A stretch of DNA of 64,000 nucleotides from positions 7,316,001-7,380,000 of the forward strand of contig OZ024751.1 of assembly GCA_964016885.1 (NCBI GenBank), written 5' to 3'. The position numbers were made by a program, and so were the translations under genes. The stretch comes from Eledone cirrhosa. Taxonomy: Eukaryota. Below, piece by piece: positions 28,550 through 41,550 of the stretch (position 1 is the stretch's first letter; the number at the start of each line of letters is the position of its first letter). The notes below the pieces were generated by a model. The model did not search any database. It was not told the DNA's origin and saw only the letters and a list, made by a program, of their open reading frames with translations.

Positions 28550-28970
28550 CCTTGTCTGTCTTTCTGGAGAATAGAGGAAAGGTGTTTCCTCGAAAACCAG
28601 TATGACTCTAAAAACCGGTTTGTCTGTGTGTTTACATACAGAATAGCTGGACACTCACAGTAAAGTGTCCAGTGAAAAACTCGGTACATCTACATATGTA
28701 CACGTGTGTGTATTCATATGCATACTAGTATTTCAGTATACATATGTGGATGTACATTTTTAACTTAATTGTTTAAGCGTCAGTCATACAAAAGTGAGTT
28801 ACAAACGAAGCGAAATTTAATTTCGTTTCGTTATTTGTTTTTATCGTCTCCGCTGAACCGGTACGTACACACGCTCTATGCAAATTAGTCTGCCCACTAC
28901 TAATTTTCATAGAAAAAGCATATAACGATATGTGCTTTTACGATTCTCTAGAAAGGCCGGAAGATAGGTA

Positions 28971-29015
28971 AATATTGCTGATGAGATGTAACAACATCGA
29001 AACTAGTCCAATATT
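28971..29015 (+). ncRNA. Canonical minimal type-I hammerhead ribozyme (second unit)
   Basis: Identical to 28505-28549, 466 nt downstream. Confidence 0.92.
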
Positions 29016-29359
29016 CGTTGTCTGGCTTTCTGGAGAATAGAGGAAAGGTGTTTCCTCGAAAACCAGTATGACTCTAAAAACCGGTTTGTCTGTGTGTTTA
29101 CATACAGAATAGCTGGACACTCACAGTAAAGTGTCTAGTGAAAAACTCGGTACATCTACATATGTACACGTGTGTGTATTCATATGCATACTAGTATTTC
29201 AGTATACATATGTGGATGTACATTTTTAACTTAATTGTTTAAGCGTCAGTCATACAAAAGTGAGTTACAAACGAAGCGAAATTTAATTTCGTTTCGTTAT
29301 TTGTTTTTATATATATATACATATGCATATATATATGTATATATAAATATATTTGTATA

Positions 29360-29416
<57 letters not shown>

Positions 29417-29419
29417 ATA

Positions 29420-29516
<97 letters not shown>

Positions 29517-29540
29517 GTATATATATATAATATATATATA

Positions 29541-29880
29541 CCCACCTCTTAATGAGAGTGCAAAATCTGTCCTGGAAACGACATCCCACCTTGTCCAAAA
29601 TCTATGGCAAACTTCCTCGAGCCTCTGCCCTTCTAAAATCCTGGAGAGCTCAATTTGCTGGCCACTGTCAACGTGCCAGCAATGACATCATATCCGCTCT
29701 CTTGCTCTGGAACCCTGACTCCGGCCTGACTAGGAGTAGGAGGCTGTCATTCCCTGACGTTATCTCTAGGGATACGGGAATCAGTAGACATGACTTCGGG
29801 GCAGCGATGGGGGACATGGAATTCTGGGGCATGAGAGTGAGACCCATCATCTCGGCAGTAGTCGACGAATGATGATGATG
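29541..29880 (+). mobile_element. 3' fragment of RTE-like LINE with (GAT)n tail
   Basis: SWKRHPT...IYGKLP...[11 protein letters not shown]...LLLWNP...[14 protein letters not shown], followed by a GATGATGATG tail. Confidence 0.75.
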
Positions 29881-29884
29881 ATAA

Positions 29885-29994
<110 letters not shown>

Positions 29995-30099
29995 TGTATA
30001 AATGAGTCAAAATGGATTGTTTAGAAGTTGCTAGACCATTACTTACCATATTACTCGATACTTTGTGTAGTAGAATATGGTTATATTTTTGTATAGAAA

Positions 30100-30797
30100 A
30101 TATGAATTTAAATAATTTAAAAAAACCATACAGTGCATTAGAAAATTAAAGTTGCCAAGATAACGATAGAATCTTACCTTAGAAAATTTAACTATCCCAA
30201 TTATTTTCGGGTTTTAAAACCCATTATCCAGTATCACTGTGATGGTCTTAAAGGATGGATCGAAGATGAGTGATTATTATGAAGACAGAATTTCATTTAA
30301 ATGTAATGAAAAGGCGTTAAAATTTCAGGCGTGCACCTTGTGAAATATGTTAGAAAAAGTGTTTGTTGCACATTATAAGGAACGTATTTCTTTCCTTCAA
30401 ATTAAATCTACTACCTCACGCAGCATGCACACTAAGACTCACACACACACACACATATTTTTCCCTTTTTATCATATGGATATTCGCACACGCCTTTCGT
30501 TACGTAAGTAAGCTTACATTCACGCAAATACTTTTTCTCACATATTTCACAACACGCACGCCCGAAATTTAAACGTCTTTTCATTACATTTAAATTAAAT
30601 TCTGTCTTCATAACAACAACTCATATTCGATCCATCTTTTGATATCCCTCACAGTGATATCGATCCATCTTTCGATCCATCACAGTGATATCCCTAGATA
30701 ATGGGTTTTAAAACCCGAAAATAATTGGGATAGTTAAATTCTATAGTTATCTTGGCACCTTTAATTAGCTAATACATTGTATGATTTTTAAAATTAT
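30100..30797. repeat. Diverged ~260-bp inverted repeat with central spacer
   Basis: AACTATCCCAATTATTTTCGGGTTTTAAAACCCATTATC (about 30190) versus GATAATGGGTTTTAAAACCCGAAAATAATTGGGATAGTT (about 30700). Confidence 0.8.
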
Positions 30798-30807
30798 ATA
30801 TATATAT

Positions 30808-31078
30808 TAGAAAGTGAGGTTTATTTACAAAATGAAAAATAACCGGTGTCCTACACGAGTGATTGTATAAAGTAAAAAAAAGATGAAGTCGAAAATGCAA
30901 CTGGAGTCTTATTTTAAATATATATATATATATTTATTTGGTACCTTTACCGGTTTCACAGTTCTTCTGCTTTTCAAAGGTAGAATTGAGATGGAGGGTC
31001 TGTGGTCACAGACCCTCCATCTCAACTCTACTTTTGGAAAGCAGAAGAACTGCGAAACCGGTAAAGGAAACAAATAAA
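30808..31078. mobile_element. Family B fold-back element (hammerheads 30945-30980 minus, 31031-31066 plus)
   Basis: Homologous to 2961-3318, with the fold-back at GGTCTGTG-GT-CACAGACC. The minus arm has an intact TTGAAAA core. Confidence 0.85.
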
Positions 31079-31079
31079 C

Positions 31080-32474
31080 CACAAGATAATCAACAAAAAA
31101 CCCATCAAACTCTCCTACAGCACCACACCTAACTTCGCACAAAACATCGTCTCCTCAAACAACAAAAAACTCAACCCTATGGAAGAAATAACCTCGACAT
31201 CAGTGGAGAGCCGACCAGGAGAGGTAACTTCCCTGATAGATCTACGTGCCCCCTCAACAACAAATGCCGAGAATGTAACGTGATCTACCAGTGCAACGTG
31301 AGGACGGACACCTCCAACAAAGCTTATATAGGATAACCGCGTGTGACTTCAAGACCCGACTCTACCAGCACCGACATACTTTCCGAAACCCGGTCCGGCG
31401 ACATGCCACTACACTTTCGGGACCTCCAAGATAATAATATAACCTACAATCTCACTTGGGGTCTACTGTCCAGAGCTAACTCTTACACGGGATGACGCCG
31501 TCTGTAACTTATGCTCGGAGGAAACATTGCAAATGTTGTTTTCGAAGGACCAACTCCTATACAAGAAGGACGAACCGGTAACCGCATGCAAACACAGATT
31601 GCGTAGGACTAACCTCGCCCTCAAACCCCATAACGACCCTGGTGGGTAGACAAGGGCTGATACCCTCCCTCCCCCTCCCACACTTGCCGAATAAGTTAGG
31701 AGAAACCCCAGCTTACATAGTTAGATGAATCACTTTTATTTTATTTTCATCATTGTCTACTTCTTCCCCCTGTCTCATCCTATCATTTCCTTCCACCCCC
31801 TATTTTCTTCCTCGACTGCTTTTCCCCTTTCGCCTACCCCCATGCAGCCCCTCGGGCCTCTGTAGCATCAGTTCCCCCACCCCTGTAATTTTAAGATAGT
31901 AAAACGTATTCGGCCAATTCTAACTACTTATAGCAGACGTGTTAAACCCCTTTAATTTTGTATCAGTGTTGGTACTACTCAATTTCTGCAAGTTTTTTTC
32001 TATTCTCAACTTATTAACTTGTAATTGTAAGATAGCATCGTGATTTTCTTTTGTTCATTTCTCACTATCTAATTTTATATATTATTTTATTTCTTTCTAT
32101 TATCTTTTATTGTCTCCTACTCTCATTCGATTTACCTATTCTATAACCTCCCTCTTCCACTTCTATAACCTCCCTCATACACTATCCTTAGAATCTGCTG
32201 TATACATATCACTTCAAGGCTTGACCGCTTCACTCACTTCCCTATTGTTCTCCAGGCAACTTCAGCCACCCCTACCTCCCACCAAATGCCATGTTAGACT
32301 TATTTGTGTTTACAACAAATTTTAACCAATCCTCTTGACAACTACATCTTTCCATATGAGGAAGTACCCCCTTGACAAGTTCGGCTATTTATTCACCAGG
32401 CTAAACATTCTAATTTACTCTAGAAATAGCCGTCGAAACGGCTTGAGCTCTGCCGTCGGGATCATACTTTTTCC

Positions 32475-32475
<1 letters not shown>
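31080..32475 (+). mobile_element. 5'-truncated PLE: GIY-YIG relic plus 3' UTR
   Basis: CPLNNKCRECNVIYQCNV...KAYIG / ACDFKTRLYQHRHTFRN...CNLCSEE with frameshifts, then a pyrimidine-rich UTR ending in a hammerhead. Confidence 0.85.
32369..32460 (+). ncRNA. Type-I hammerhead, U3:A8 variant with extended stems II and III
   Basis: CCC TTGACAA G..CGGCTATTT ... AAATAGCCG.C GAA ACGGC-TTGAGCTCT-GCCGT C GGG: 9-bp stem II helix, 5-bp stem III, GUC triplet (cut after 32457). Confidence 0.78.
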
Positions 32476-32531
<56 letters not shown>

Positions 32532-34117
32532 GTGTGAGTGTGTGCGTGTTTGTGTAAGTGTGTGTGTGTGGGGGGTGTATGTGTGTATGTGTGTGTGTGT
32601 GTGTATATGTATATACCGGTGTGTGAGAACATTCAAAGATAGCCTCTGAAGTGATGTCACTGAATTTCTAACTTGAGAATTACCTCAAATATTGAGGAAT
32701 GGGTTGTTCAGTTATATAATAATGTTTAGTGTAACGATCTCTGTAAGAAGAAAGACAGTTGTTCAGCTCTGGATTCGAAACAGGTGCTTAAAATACTGCA
32801 ATGAATTGCTGCAAAAGCTGATGTTGGATGGCGTACCAGATCCTAAAACGATGTGTCGTTATATTGTATATATGAAATAATATGGATAGTTTTGTTCGTG
32901 TGAGTATTGCCGATCTAGATAAAAATATATTTCTTCAATTGTAAAGTCAAAACACTTGCTTTTAAACTTGTTGGTTTGCTTGGGGCAATGTAACTACTTA
33001 CTCTTTAATATCACTTCTCGATGACATGATGATAATCCTAACATATGAATTAAACACTCAGCCTCTCTATGAATATTTTATTTAGACGTCAAGAGACATA
33101 TAAACGGCTCTGTATTACATATCAATGGCGACACTACATACATGAACATTCATATAAATGTACATAACCATATGGAGGTGTCAGTGAGCGTGTGTGTGTT
33201 TGTGGATACATGTATTTCAATGCACAGATAATGTATCTTTTTGAAATAGCATAACTTATCAATGTTTCTACAATATTTCTATATTTGAAGCATGAGAAAT
33301 CATAGAAAATAGAAAACATTTTACTTTTCATATTTCTTTATTGTTTCGTGGTGCTTTTATTTTTGTTCATCATACACTTGCTATAGAAATTTCATTAGCG
33401 GAAATGTAAACTATGTCTACTTTTGAATCTAATAGAAAATAATATGTCGGAATAAAGATACGCGTTAGACGCATCTTACCAGAATGTCGACAGAATGTTG
33501 ACAAAGATATACATAAGGCAATGGCAGATTTCAGCTTCACACATAGACCAGAGAATTTGATGGAGAGATTAAAAGAATGTGTCATAAAGCACGATTAAGT
33601 ATTTCGTCTTTCTGTTTCTGCACCATTAACCTCGTCATCGCGTCTCTAAACTGAATTTGGCATGAAACATAAAAATGTACATTTCCGTGATTTTTTTAAA
33701 TTTTAGTTTTTGTTTAATCTTTTTTTTTTTTGTTTAATCTTATTTTGTTTATCTTTTATGTTTATCTTTACATTTTTTTCCGTTTGATTTATGAAATTGT
33801 AGAAATTGTAGGAACACAAATACCGACATTGATCACTGAAAGGCTTCAGAAGAAATAAATTAAAATTGAAAATATGCTGATAATCTGCCACAGTTTACAA
33901 GATAATTTTATTGAATATTGTTACTGTGATGATTTTAATTTCAAACATAAATCTTGAAATCTTTTATATGTAGTATCATATAATTATGTTCCTTCTCATA
34001 AATTATAGGTACGACACTACGAAAGAAAACCCCGTATGGAAAACTACTACTCTGCCATCTGATGCACCATGATAACATTTATAAATCAGGTGTGAAATTG
34101 ATGCTAAGGTGATATTA

Positions 34118-34300
34118 TAGTGTGGATTGGTAGAGCGTCAGACACCATGCTTTGCAGCATTGGTGTGGTTCTGTATGATCTTAGTTCAAATCCTGTCAAG
34201 GTTAACTTAGCCTTTCATCTTTATGGGGTCGATAAAATAAAGCACCAGTAATGTGCACTGGGGTAATAGCTAGCCTTGTGCTAAAAAGTAGAAACAATTA
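34118..34300 (+). mobile_element. tRNA-derived SINE
   Basis: TTGGTAGAGCG...AGTTCAAATCC...GCCTTTCATC..GGGGTCGATAAAATAAAGCACCAG. Confidence 0.75.
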
Positions 34301-35658
34301 TCATCATAGCATTTTGATGTTTTCCAAGTTACCAATGTGTATGTAGATCATTTTCTGAATGTGGTTTGCGGTGGATATTTTTTGTAGCAGTCATAGAGTT
34401 GATGGCATATGCTTTTTTCTTTCGTGCAGTGTAAGGGTTCTTCTTCATATTTAACATTTGTAATGGGAGGTTGAGATGGGGTATCTGCACGTGATGTCGA
34501 GGAGCCTCCTGAAGAAATGCTCTATATTGAGGTTAAAATATGACAAAATATTCTATTATAAGTTTTCTGTTATTTCCTAGTGCATAGTGTCTTTTGTTTA
34601 AGCAGTTGTTAGACATAGTCTTGTGTGCAGAACATAAAGCAATTATATCGTACTTATCCTCATGCACTGTGAATATAGATTGCTGTACTACCTCAAATAC
34701 GTACATTTTCATTCTCCAGAAAGAAATGGGTTTTGTAGGGAGCAACACATGAGCTTTATTATAGACAATTTATTAATAGTCATTCTTACAACACTGCTAG
34801 GATAACATGACAGAAAGTATTGCTGGCCAGCATAGAACATGAAAGAAAACAGTTTAAATGAAATTTTGCCTATGTATACTTTGTGATTCAAGTAAAATGC
34901 AATAATCGTGTGGAAGCCACTTACATATAATATTAATATATACAGGTTCACGTGATTTAATTCAAATATTTTTTACAAAGTGATAAATCTAGTTACTATC
35001 CTTGTAGTTGCAATGACAGAAAACATTCGCAGTTCTGCTTTGATCTCTTGTAAATGGACATTTTCATGAAAGGAAGTAATTTAAAAAAATCTTGATGAAA
35101 GAGAAGATTTCTTTCAATTTTAATCGTAAGAAGACAGTGCTTCTAATTCCGAGATCTTAATCCTAATGTACATTACAATTTTATACTACTTATTTTCTTA
35201 CTAATGATAATGTCATCAATATAGTTAAAGCAATTCGCACTATCTTTTGTACCAGACTGGGAAATGTTTAATATTGATATGTGTTGAGAGATGAGCAAAG
35301 TTTGAAGTGAATCTAAATTATTTGACATTTACTTTATATCTTACGGTCGGTTCCTTGATATTTACAACACTTTACTTTCTTGTTGATGAACCATATCAAA
35401 ACTGAGTTAATTGCTATTTAATACAAAAATACATGAGGCGAATAAAATAAGTTAGTATTCCAGAAGTTATCTAACACACGTCTTACAGGAAACAGATTTG
35501 TATTATACTCATTATGGTACAGCAAGGAATGTAGTGGTTATGATTATTCGTACAATTTACACTTTTGATCATCTCTGGATGAATGAACAAACACAAGTCA
35601 AAATGACTGAAAAAATATGAACATAAATACATAGCAGTTTTTATTATGATGAACCTCA

Positions 35659-35810
35659 TGGCGTTGGATTGGCAGTATGGGTAGAGCGTGGGACAATATG
35701 CCTGGGGTATGGATACGGCTATTTACGTCTTGAGTTCAAAACCCTTCGAGGTTAGCTTTGCCTTTCATTCGTAAGGGGTCGATAAGATAGAGTACCAATA
35801 TGCACTGGAG
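35659..35810 (+). mobile_element. tRNA-derived SINE
   Basis: Same core: GAGTTCAAA...TTTGCCTTTCATTC..GGGGTCGATAA. Confidence 0.7.
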
Positions 35811-36047
35811 CATTTGTGATTAGCGTCATTACTATAATTCTCTTGTTGGGTAATATTTCACCTGTAATGGCATCAACCCCGCCCAGTCAAGGCTATATCT
35901 AACGAGGGTCGGTGAATCTGAGGAATCCTCTTAACGTTTTTAGGAAGAAAATACCCTTTCCCTGTCTCTCTTTCTCTCTCAATCTATCTATCTATCAATA
36001 TATGTGTGCGTATGTATATCATATATGTATATGGATATATATATATT

Positions 36048-36138
<91 letters not shown>

Positions 36139-37247
36139 TGAAGCTGTGAGCGGTGTGTCACAGTTACTCCGGAATGTTAAATGGTTAAAAGGCAGGCAAG
36201 CATGATTTGCAACAAATCTAATCCCAATTGTATGGAGAGGAAACAAATGAAACACTACTGTTGGCAAACTAACAAGCCGGTTCTTAATGCTAAACACGCG
36301 ATTGATTTGTAGATACCAATGGAGACACTATTGCATTCGGTGAATGTCTCAATGAAAATCGCCCACTGATTTGTTGTATAAAATAGCAGTATTCCGTGAG
36401 ATACGTCACATGAAGTTTCACTGTTATGAAACAAGAACCAAGGGAGAGCAATGAGACTATGAGTAGTGTTGCTTTAAGATTCCTACTATCACATTAAAAA
36501 CATTGAAAGTAAACAAGTTAGGGATGTAATCGACAGAGTTAGATTAATTCATATGCTTGGAAATGCAGACATGTTAACTTCTAAAACCCAAACAGGGAGT
36601 TCCATGCAAAAAATGCCCCAAAACGGAAAGAAATGAAGCAAAATGTGGAGATTATGCATAATGAAAACTACAGCATTTTTCACAAGATAAGAAATCTTCC
36701 ACCCACCCCAACATGAGTGAGAGATCTCCCCCTCTGACGGGGAGAGTTGACAGGTCTTTAAATGTAACATGAGATTCCATATGTACGTAGATAAAATTAT
36801 GTGCGCAATAAGTGGTGCTGGTTATAGAGCTAACACCAGGTTCACGTTTAGAAGATGAGTAAAGAAATCCCACCAAAATGTTTTGTCAATTTCACCTCAC
36901 TAAGTCGGGTACACACATATAGTTAGAGACTGAGAAGCCGAAAAAAGTTTAGAGGATACATGTTCTTGTTTAGAAATGTATAGTAATTATGGATAACTGG
37001 GTATAAATTATGTCCTCTGTCAGTTTTGATTTTTACTTTGAAAATGTATGGTCATTTTGTTTAGTTTAACTCTATGTCAACAGGAATCCAGGTGAAAAGG
37101 AACAAGGAAAATTTTATATTCACTAGCATTAGATTAGCTTCTAAATAAATATATGTAAGTAGCCGTATTCATTTCTTTGTATTCGTTATATTTATATCTA
37201 TATATTCATTTGTATGTGTTTGTGCGTTTGTGCATGAATGGATCTGT

Positions 37248-37339
<92 letters not shown>

Positions 37340-37409
37340 CATATATATATGTATATATATATAGTGACGAAAACATAAGGCAATTGCATGAAGTCATAAT
37401 CATTTATTT

Positions 37410-37465
37410 ACTGCTATATATATTTCGATGATAGCCATTGAATGGCTATGTCCTCATCAGGCAGT
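37410..37465 (-). ncRNA. Type-I hammerhead motif in a probable PLE 3' end (about 37363-37700)
   Basis: Reverse complement ACTGC CTGATGA GGAC-ATAGCCATT-C-AATGGCTAT-CATC GAAATATATATA GCAGT: 5-bp stem I, long stem II, AUA triplet. Upstream on the same strand a frame reads FPDGLN, resembling a PLE C-terminus. Confidence 0.75.
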
Positions 37466-37742
37466 TAGTCAGTTCTTAGATATGCCGGCTCTGTGTTTAT
37501 AGTGTTCATGGTATCAGAGCCTTGGGACATATGAGCTTGTTAGGAATAATTTGATGTTGTCAGCAGGAATAGTCTTAATTCTCATTGGTCAGTTTGTAGG
37601 TGCTAGTAGGGTTGGGATTTGACCCCAAATAGGCAGGGGTGTTGTAAAGTTCAAACCGTCAGGAAAAATGACAATAGTTCCATATGACTGGTTTTCACAA
37701 ATATATATATATATATGTGTGTGTAAATATACACACACACAC

Positions 37743-37897
<155 letters not shown>

Positions 37898-38357
37898 TTT
37901 ACATATATATATACATATATATATATATACGTGTTTTGCAACCGGTCACTTTGTGGTTCAATAAAAATTTAATAAATTAAATAATCAGAGCTATATATCA
38001 TAAAACATGTCTATAGAATCACAAGATAAAATATATACCATGCTCGAGTTATATAATTATTACATAATTATTGGAAATCTCAAAATGCGGACGAAACCAT
38101 GGTAGAGGTAATTAAATGTATTCTATTTTCTCCTAGTTTATTTTACACCTAATTCTGTTTAATTACGCTGTCGAAATATTCGATAAATATTCCGTTGCGG
38201 CCGACGCGAAGGATTAGTTTCGGTTATTTGTTGGAGATTTCTTCATAGAAGCCTCATTTTTATAGTCTGGTCTATTCAATTTTTTATATAGTTAATTATG
38301 CTAATTGGGAGAGGAAATGGTATATATTTTATCTTGTGATTCTATAGACATGTTTTA

Positions 38358-38795
<438 letters not shown>

Positions 38796-38797
38796 TA

Positions 38798-38888
<91 letters not shown>

Positions 38889-39122
38889 TATTTAGAAACA
38901 CACAGATACATGCGGACACACACATATACATGAATGCATCCACACCCAACCGTGAGTTAATGGTGCCAACCTTACCGATGTTGCTCAATGAATGACTGGG
39001 ACAGACCAATCCGGTTGAACTAGACTGAACCAGTATCAGCGTCAAAAATACATTATGAAGAGAGAAGAAACATTTAGATATAATTAGTAATAAAATGTAT
39101 CATACCTAAACTGCTCCTAGAT

Positions 39123-39212
39123 TCCTCGACTACGTAGTTTCGTGGCATAAACAAAAACAGTACATCATAAAGATATAGAGCCCTTGCGAGGTCTGCCGAC
39201 TTATCAAGAGGA
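39123..39212 (-). ncRNA. Hammerhead U3:A8 variant, family D
   Basis: Reverse complement of 39577-39666. Confidence 0.75.
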
Positions 39213-39576
39213 TACCTCATTTTACTAGCTTCAAGAACGCGTCTACACGACGTGAGAAATAATCCCAAAAGGCGGAGGGGGAGATAGTCACGCGATATAA
39301 CGGTCGAGAAACAGAGCTAAGCCTCTTATAACGCCCGAAGAAAATACCACGGAGGCGGAGGGGGTATTTATATCGAAGCCGTAGAAGAGGTGTTAAAGGA
39401 GGCGAGAAGTATGAGTAATGGCAGCTTTCCAGCAGTCACCACACTTCAAATATTACTCGACCAGAGGCTTAGCTCTGTTTCTCGACCGTTATATCGCGTG
39501 ACTATCTCCCCCTCCGCCCTTTGGGATTCTTTCTCACGTCGTGTAGACGCGTTCTTGAATCTAGTAATATTAGGTA

Positions 39577-39666
39577 TCCTCTTGATAAGTCGGCAGACCT
39601 CGCAAGGGCTCTATATCTTTATGATGTACTGTTTTTGTTTATGCCACGAAACTACGTAGTCGAGGA
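39577..39666 (+). ncRNA. Hammerhead U3:A8 variant with large stem-II insertion, family D
   Basis: Stem I TCCTC/GAGGA; TTGATAA; stem II GT(C)GGCA...TGCC-AC; GAAA; palindromic ACTACGTAGT stem III; GUC triplet (cut after 39661). Confidence 0.78.
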
Positions 39667-40169
39667 ATCTAGGAGCAGTTTAGGTATGATACATTTTATT
39701 ACTAATTATATCTAAATGTTTCTTCTCTCTTCATAATGTATTTTTGACTCTGATACTGGTTCAGTCTAGTTCAACCGGATTGGTCTGTCCCAGTCATTCA
39801 TTGAGCAACATCGGTAAGGTTGGCACCATTAACTCACGGTTGGGTGTGGATGCATTCATGTATATGTGTGTGTCCGCATGTATCTGTGTGTTTCTAAATA
39901 TATTGTTCATAACTCCCTCCGGTCGAGTAATCTTTGAAGTGTGGTGACTGCTGGAAAGCTGCCATTACTCATACTTCTCGCCTCTTTTACCACCTCTTCT
40001 ACGGCTTCGATATAAATACCCCCTCCGCCTCCGTGGTATTTTCTTCGGGGTTATAAGAGGCTTAGCTCTGTTTTTCGACCGTTATATCGCGCGACTATCT
40101 CCCCCTCCGTCTTTTGGGATTCTTTCTCACGTCGTGTAGACGCGTTCTTGAAGCTAGTAAAATGAGGTA

Positions 40170-40259
40170 TCCTCTTGATAAGTCGGCAGACCTCACAAGG
40201 GCTCTATATCTTTATGATGTACTGTTTTTGTTTATGCCACGAAACTACGTAGTCGAGGA
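40170..40259 (+). ncRNA. Hammerhead U3:A8 variant, family D (second plus unit)
   Basis: Same as 39577-39666 shifted by 593. Confidence 0.78.
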
Positions 40260-40325
40260 ATCTAGGAGCAGTTTAGGTATGATACATTTTATTACTAATT
40301 ATATCTAAATGTTCCTTCTCTCTTC

Positions 40326-40453
<128 letters not shown>

Positions 40454-40613
40454 GGTAGATAAGGTCCTATTTATGTATATCAGGAATGAATGCTGAAACA
40501 CGAAAGCTGCTTACCAGAGAGTTTGAATCAACGGCATAATTTGAATTGTAGAGCATAAATATCCATGCAGGGGAATATGGTATATAGGTCCAGAAGAGAT
40601 CACGGAGTATATT

Positions 40614-40975
40614 AATATAAGCAGGTATTGCAACAAGAAAAATAAAACGTTGCCGTGAAAAGATTATTTGCTTTGACATATGTTTCTTTGTTCATTATAA
40701 ATTGTCTCCATATGCTGACAACAATATATATTGTTCAATCATATGAAATACTTAATTATTTCTTACACTTCATCAGAAATCCTATAGTAGTGGAATTTAA
40801 CTATTCATTACTATAGGCTTTCTGATAAAGTGTTATAAATAATTAAGTATTTCGTATGATTGAACAATATATATTGTTGTCAGCATCTGTAGACAATTTA
40901 TAATAGACAGAGAAAATATGTCAAAGCCAATAATCTCATCACGCCGACATTTTATTTTCCTTTGTGCAATACTTG

Positions 40976-40982
<7 letters not shown>
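40614..40982. repeat. Diverged ~370-bp palindrome
   Basis: Arms GCTGACAACAATATATATTGTTCAATCAT / ATGATTGAACAATATATATTGTTGTCAGC, centre near 40798. Confidence 0.8.
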
Positions 40983-41009
<27 letters not shown>

Positions 41010-41175
41010 TATATATATATATATTAATATATATATATATATATTAATATATATATATATATATTAATATATATATATATATATTAATATATATATATAT
41101 AGAGAGAGAGAGGTAGTACACTGGAAGGTAATATCCGTAGTGGTAGAGCACTCAGTCCATGGGACGAGTTACGCA

Positions 41176-41307
41176 GAAGTTGTTACGCAACATTTAGTTC
41201 ACCATACCGAGAACAATTGTTTCATCTTAGTGGATCCGAGCTGAGGATCTACTAAGATGAAACAATTGTTCTCGGTATGGTAAACTAACTGTTGTGTAAC
41301 CACTTCT
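41176..41307. mobile_element. Short fold-back element containing a hammerhead
   Basis: Arms CCATACCGAGAACAATTGTTTCATCTTAGT / ACTAAGATGAAACAATTGTTCTCGGTATGG. Confidence 0.8.
41236..41275 (+). ncRNA. Minimal type-I hammerhead motif
   Basis: CCGAG CTGAGGA TCT-ACTA-AGA-T GAA ACAATTGT T CTCGG: 5-bp stem I, palindromic stem III, GUU triplet. Stem II is short and atypical. Confidence 0.68.
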
Positions 41308-41344
41308 ATATATATAATGTGTGTGATTTTTTAATATTGCTCTC

Positions 41345-41550
41345 TGATTTATGCACAACGCCAACGATTTTCGGGGAGAGGAAAATCGATTAAATCGTCC
41401 CTAGTGTATTATTGATATTTTATTTTACCGTCCTCTTAAGAATGAAAGGCAACGCTAACCTCGTAATGATTTGAACTCAGAGTGCAAAGAACCATCTCTC
41501 TATACCATAAAGCATGTTGTCCGACGCTCTAGCGACAGTACCAATCTACC
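41345..41550 (-). mobile_element. tRNA-derived SINE
   Basis: GAATGAAAGGCAACG..AACCTC..GATTTGAACTCAG, the reverse complement of the SINE core. Confidence 0.7.

Larger units (their letters stand above)
28462..29310 (+). mobile_element. Non-coding 466-bp tandem (1.8 units) with one hammerhead per unit (retrozyme-like family C)
   Basis: Near-identical direct repeats 28462-28844 and 28928-29310, flanked by (TA)n. Confidence 0.9.

Noticed and set aside
38205-38260. Minus-strand ATGAAGA...GAAACTAATC motif
   Set aside because: No stem II or stem I; too decayed to call.
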